DNA of 64,000 bases, from NCBI GenBank assembly GCA_964016885.1, contig OZ024759.1, positions 12,028,001 through 12,092,000 of the forward strand. Direction: 5' to 3'. Below the pieces are notes generated by a model that searched no databases, had not been told where the DNA came from, and worked only from the letters and a program-made list of their open reading frames with translations. The position numbers and the translations under genes are program-made. Origin of the DNA: Eledone cirrhosa (taxonomy: Eukaryota). This document shows, in pieces, positions 63,435 to 64,000 of the stretch; position 1 is the stretch's first letter; each line of letters opens with the position of its first letter.

Positions 63435-64000
63435 GGAGACGGATATGATAAGAGAAAAAAAAATGACAGTATATAATTATAAGATAATTTATGAGTATTT
63501 CAGCTGCAGAAGATTATATAACCTTCGTGGATAAAATAAATTAAAATAATTTAATAATTAATTTAAAGAAAGAAATGGCGCCAAAGTTGTTAACTTGTGA
63601 ACGAGTTACTGTCAGACTAACAAGATATTTACAAAAACTTGCCAATAATTTGTTCCCCTTTGCTACAACTACCGATATATAATGACGTAATGCTACTTTT
63701 TAAACTAATATTTTACTGTTAAAAAGGAACTTATTGTTAGATTAAACAAATACTTATGTACTTGTATAAGTTACTGTATGAGTATACGTGAATATTTAAT
63801 TTATTTTATAACTATCTGGTAGATGTAAACACAATTTAGATAATAGAAATAAAAACCAGTGAGAGAGAAGAAAACGTAAGAATGACACACGTGCCCACTT
63901 AGTCACTGAGTATAACATCTGGTACTTTTCTATTTTAGTAAAATAGTGGGGAGAGGGGGCGATATACTAGTTTTATTTCGACCAATAAACTCTACCATAT

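Overview
Eukaryotic, AT-rich, repeat-saturated DNA with no recognisable host protein-coding gene. The SINE families and (TA)n/(CA)n load resemble cephalopod (Octopus-like) genomes; this is an inference, not a database result. Contents: large tandem arrays (44-bp at 1.1-2.6 kb, 33/36-bp at 6.1-13.2 kb, a TTAGGG-containing 42-bp satellite at 34.4-43.5, 45.7-47.1 and 49.2-51.0 kb, plus several small ones), decayed RTE and CR1-like LINEs, a Penelope-like GIY-YIG remnant, a DD37D (maT) Tc1/mariner transposon, Gypsy gag fragments, many tRNA-derived SINEs and a tandem triplication at 43.5-53.2 kb. The most unusual structure is a non-coding fold-back family at 13.7-30.3 kb. It comprises a 1.8-kb palindrome (15029-16833) and a 7.7-kb layered palindrome (about 22630-30317). 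The larger one has two inward-facing Helitron-like 3' ends, arms built of hairpin modules and GTTCGAATC repeats, and a GC-rich core with seven symmetry axes spaced exactly 37.5 bp apart. The very long ORFs in the track are best explained as by-products of tandem repeats. Coordinates were read by eye and may be off by a few bases at degenerate ends.
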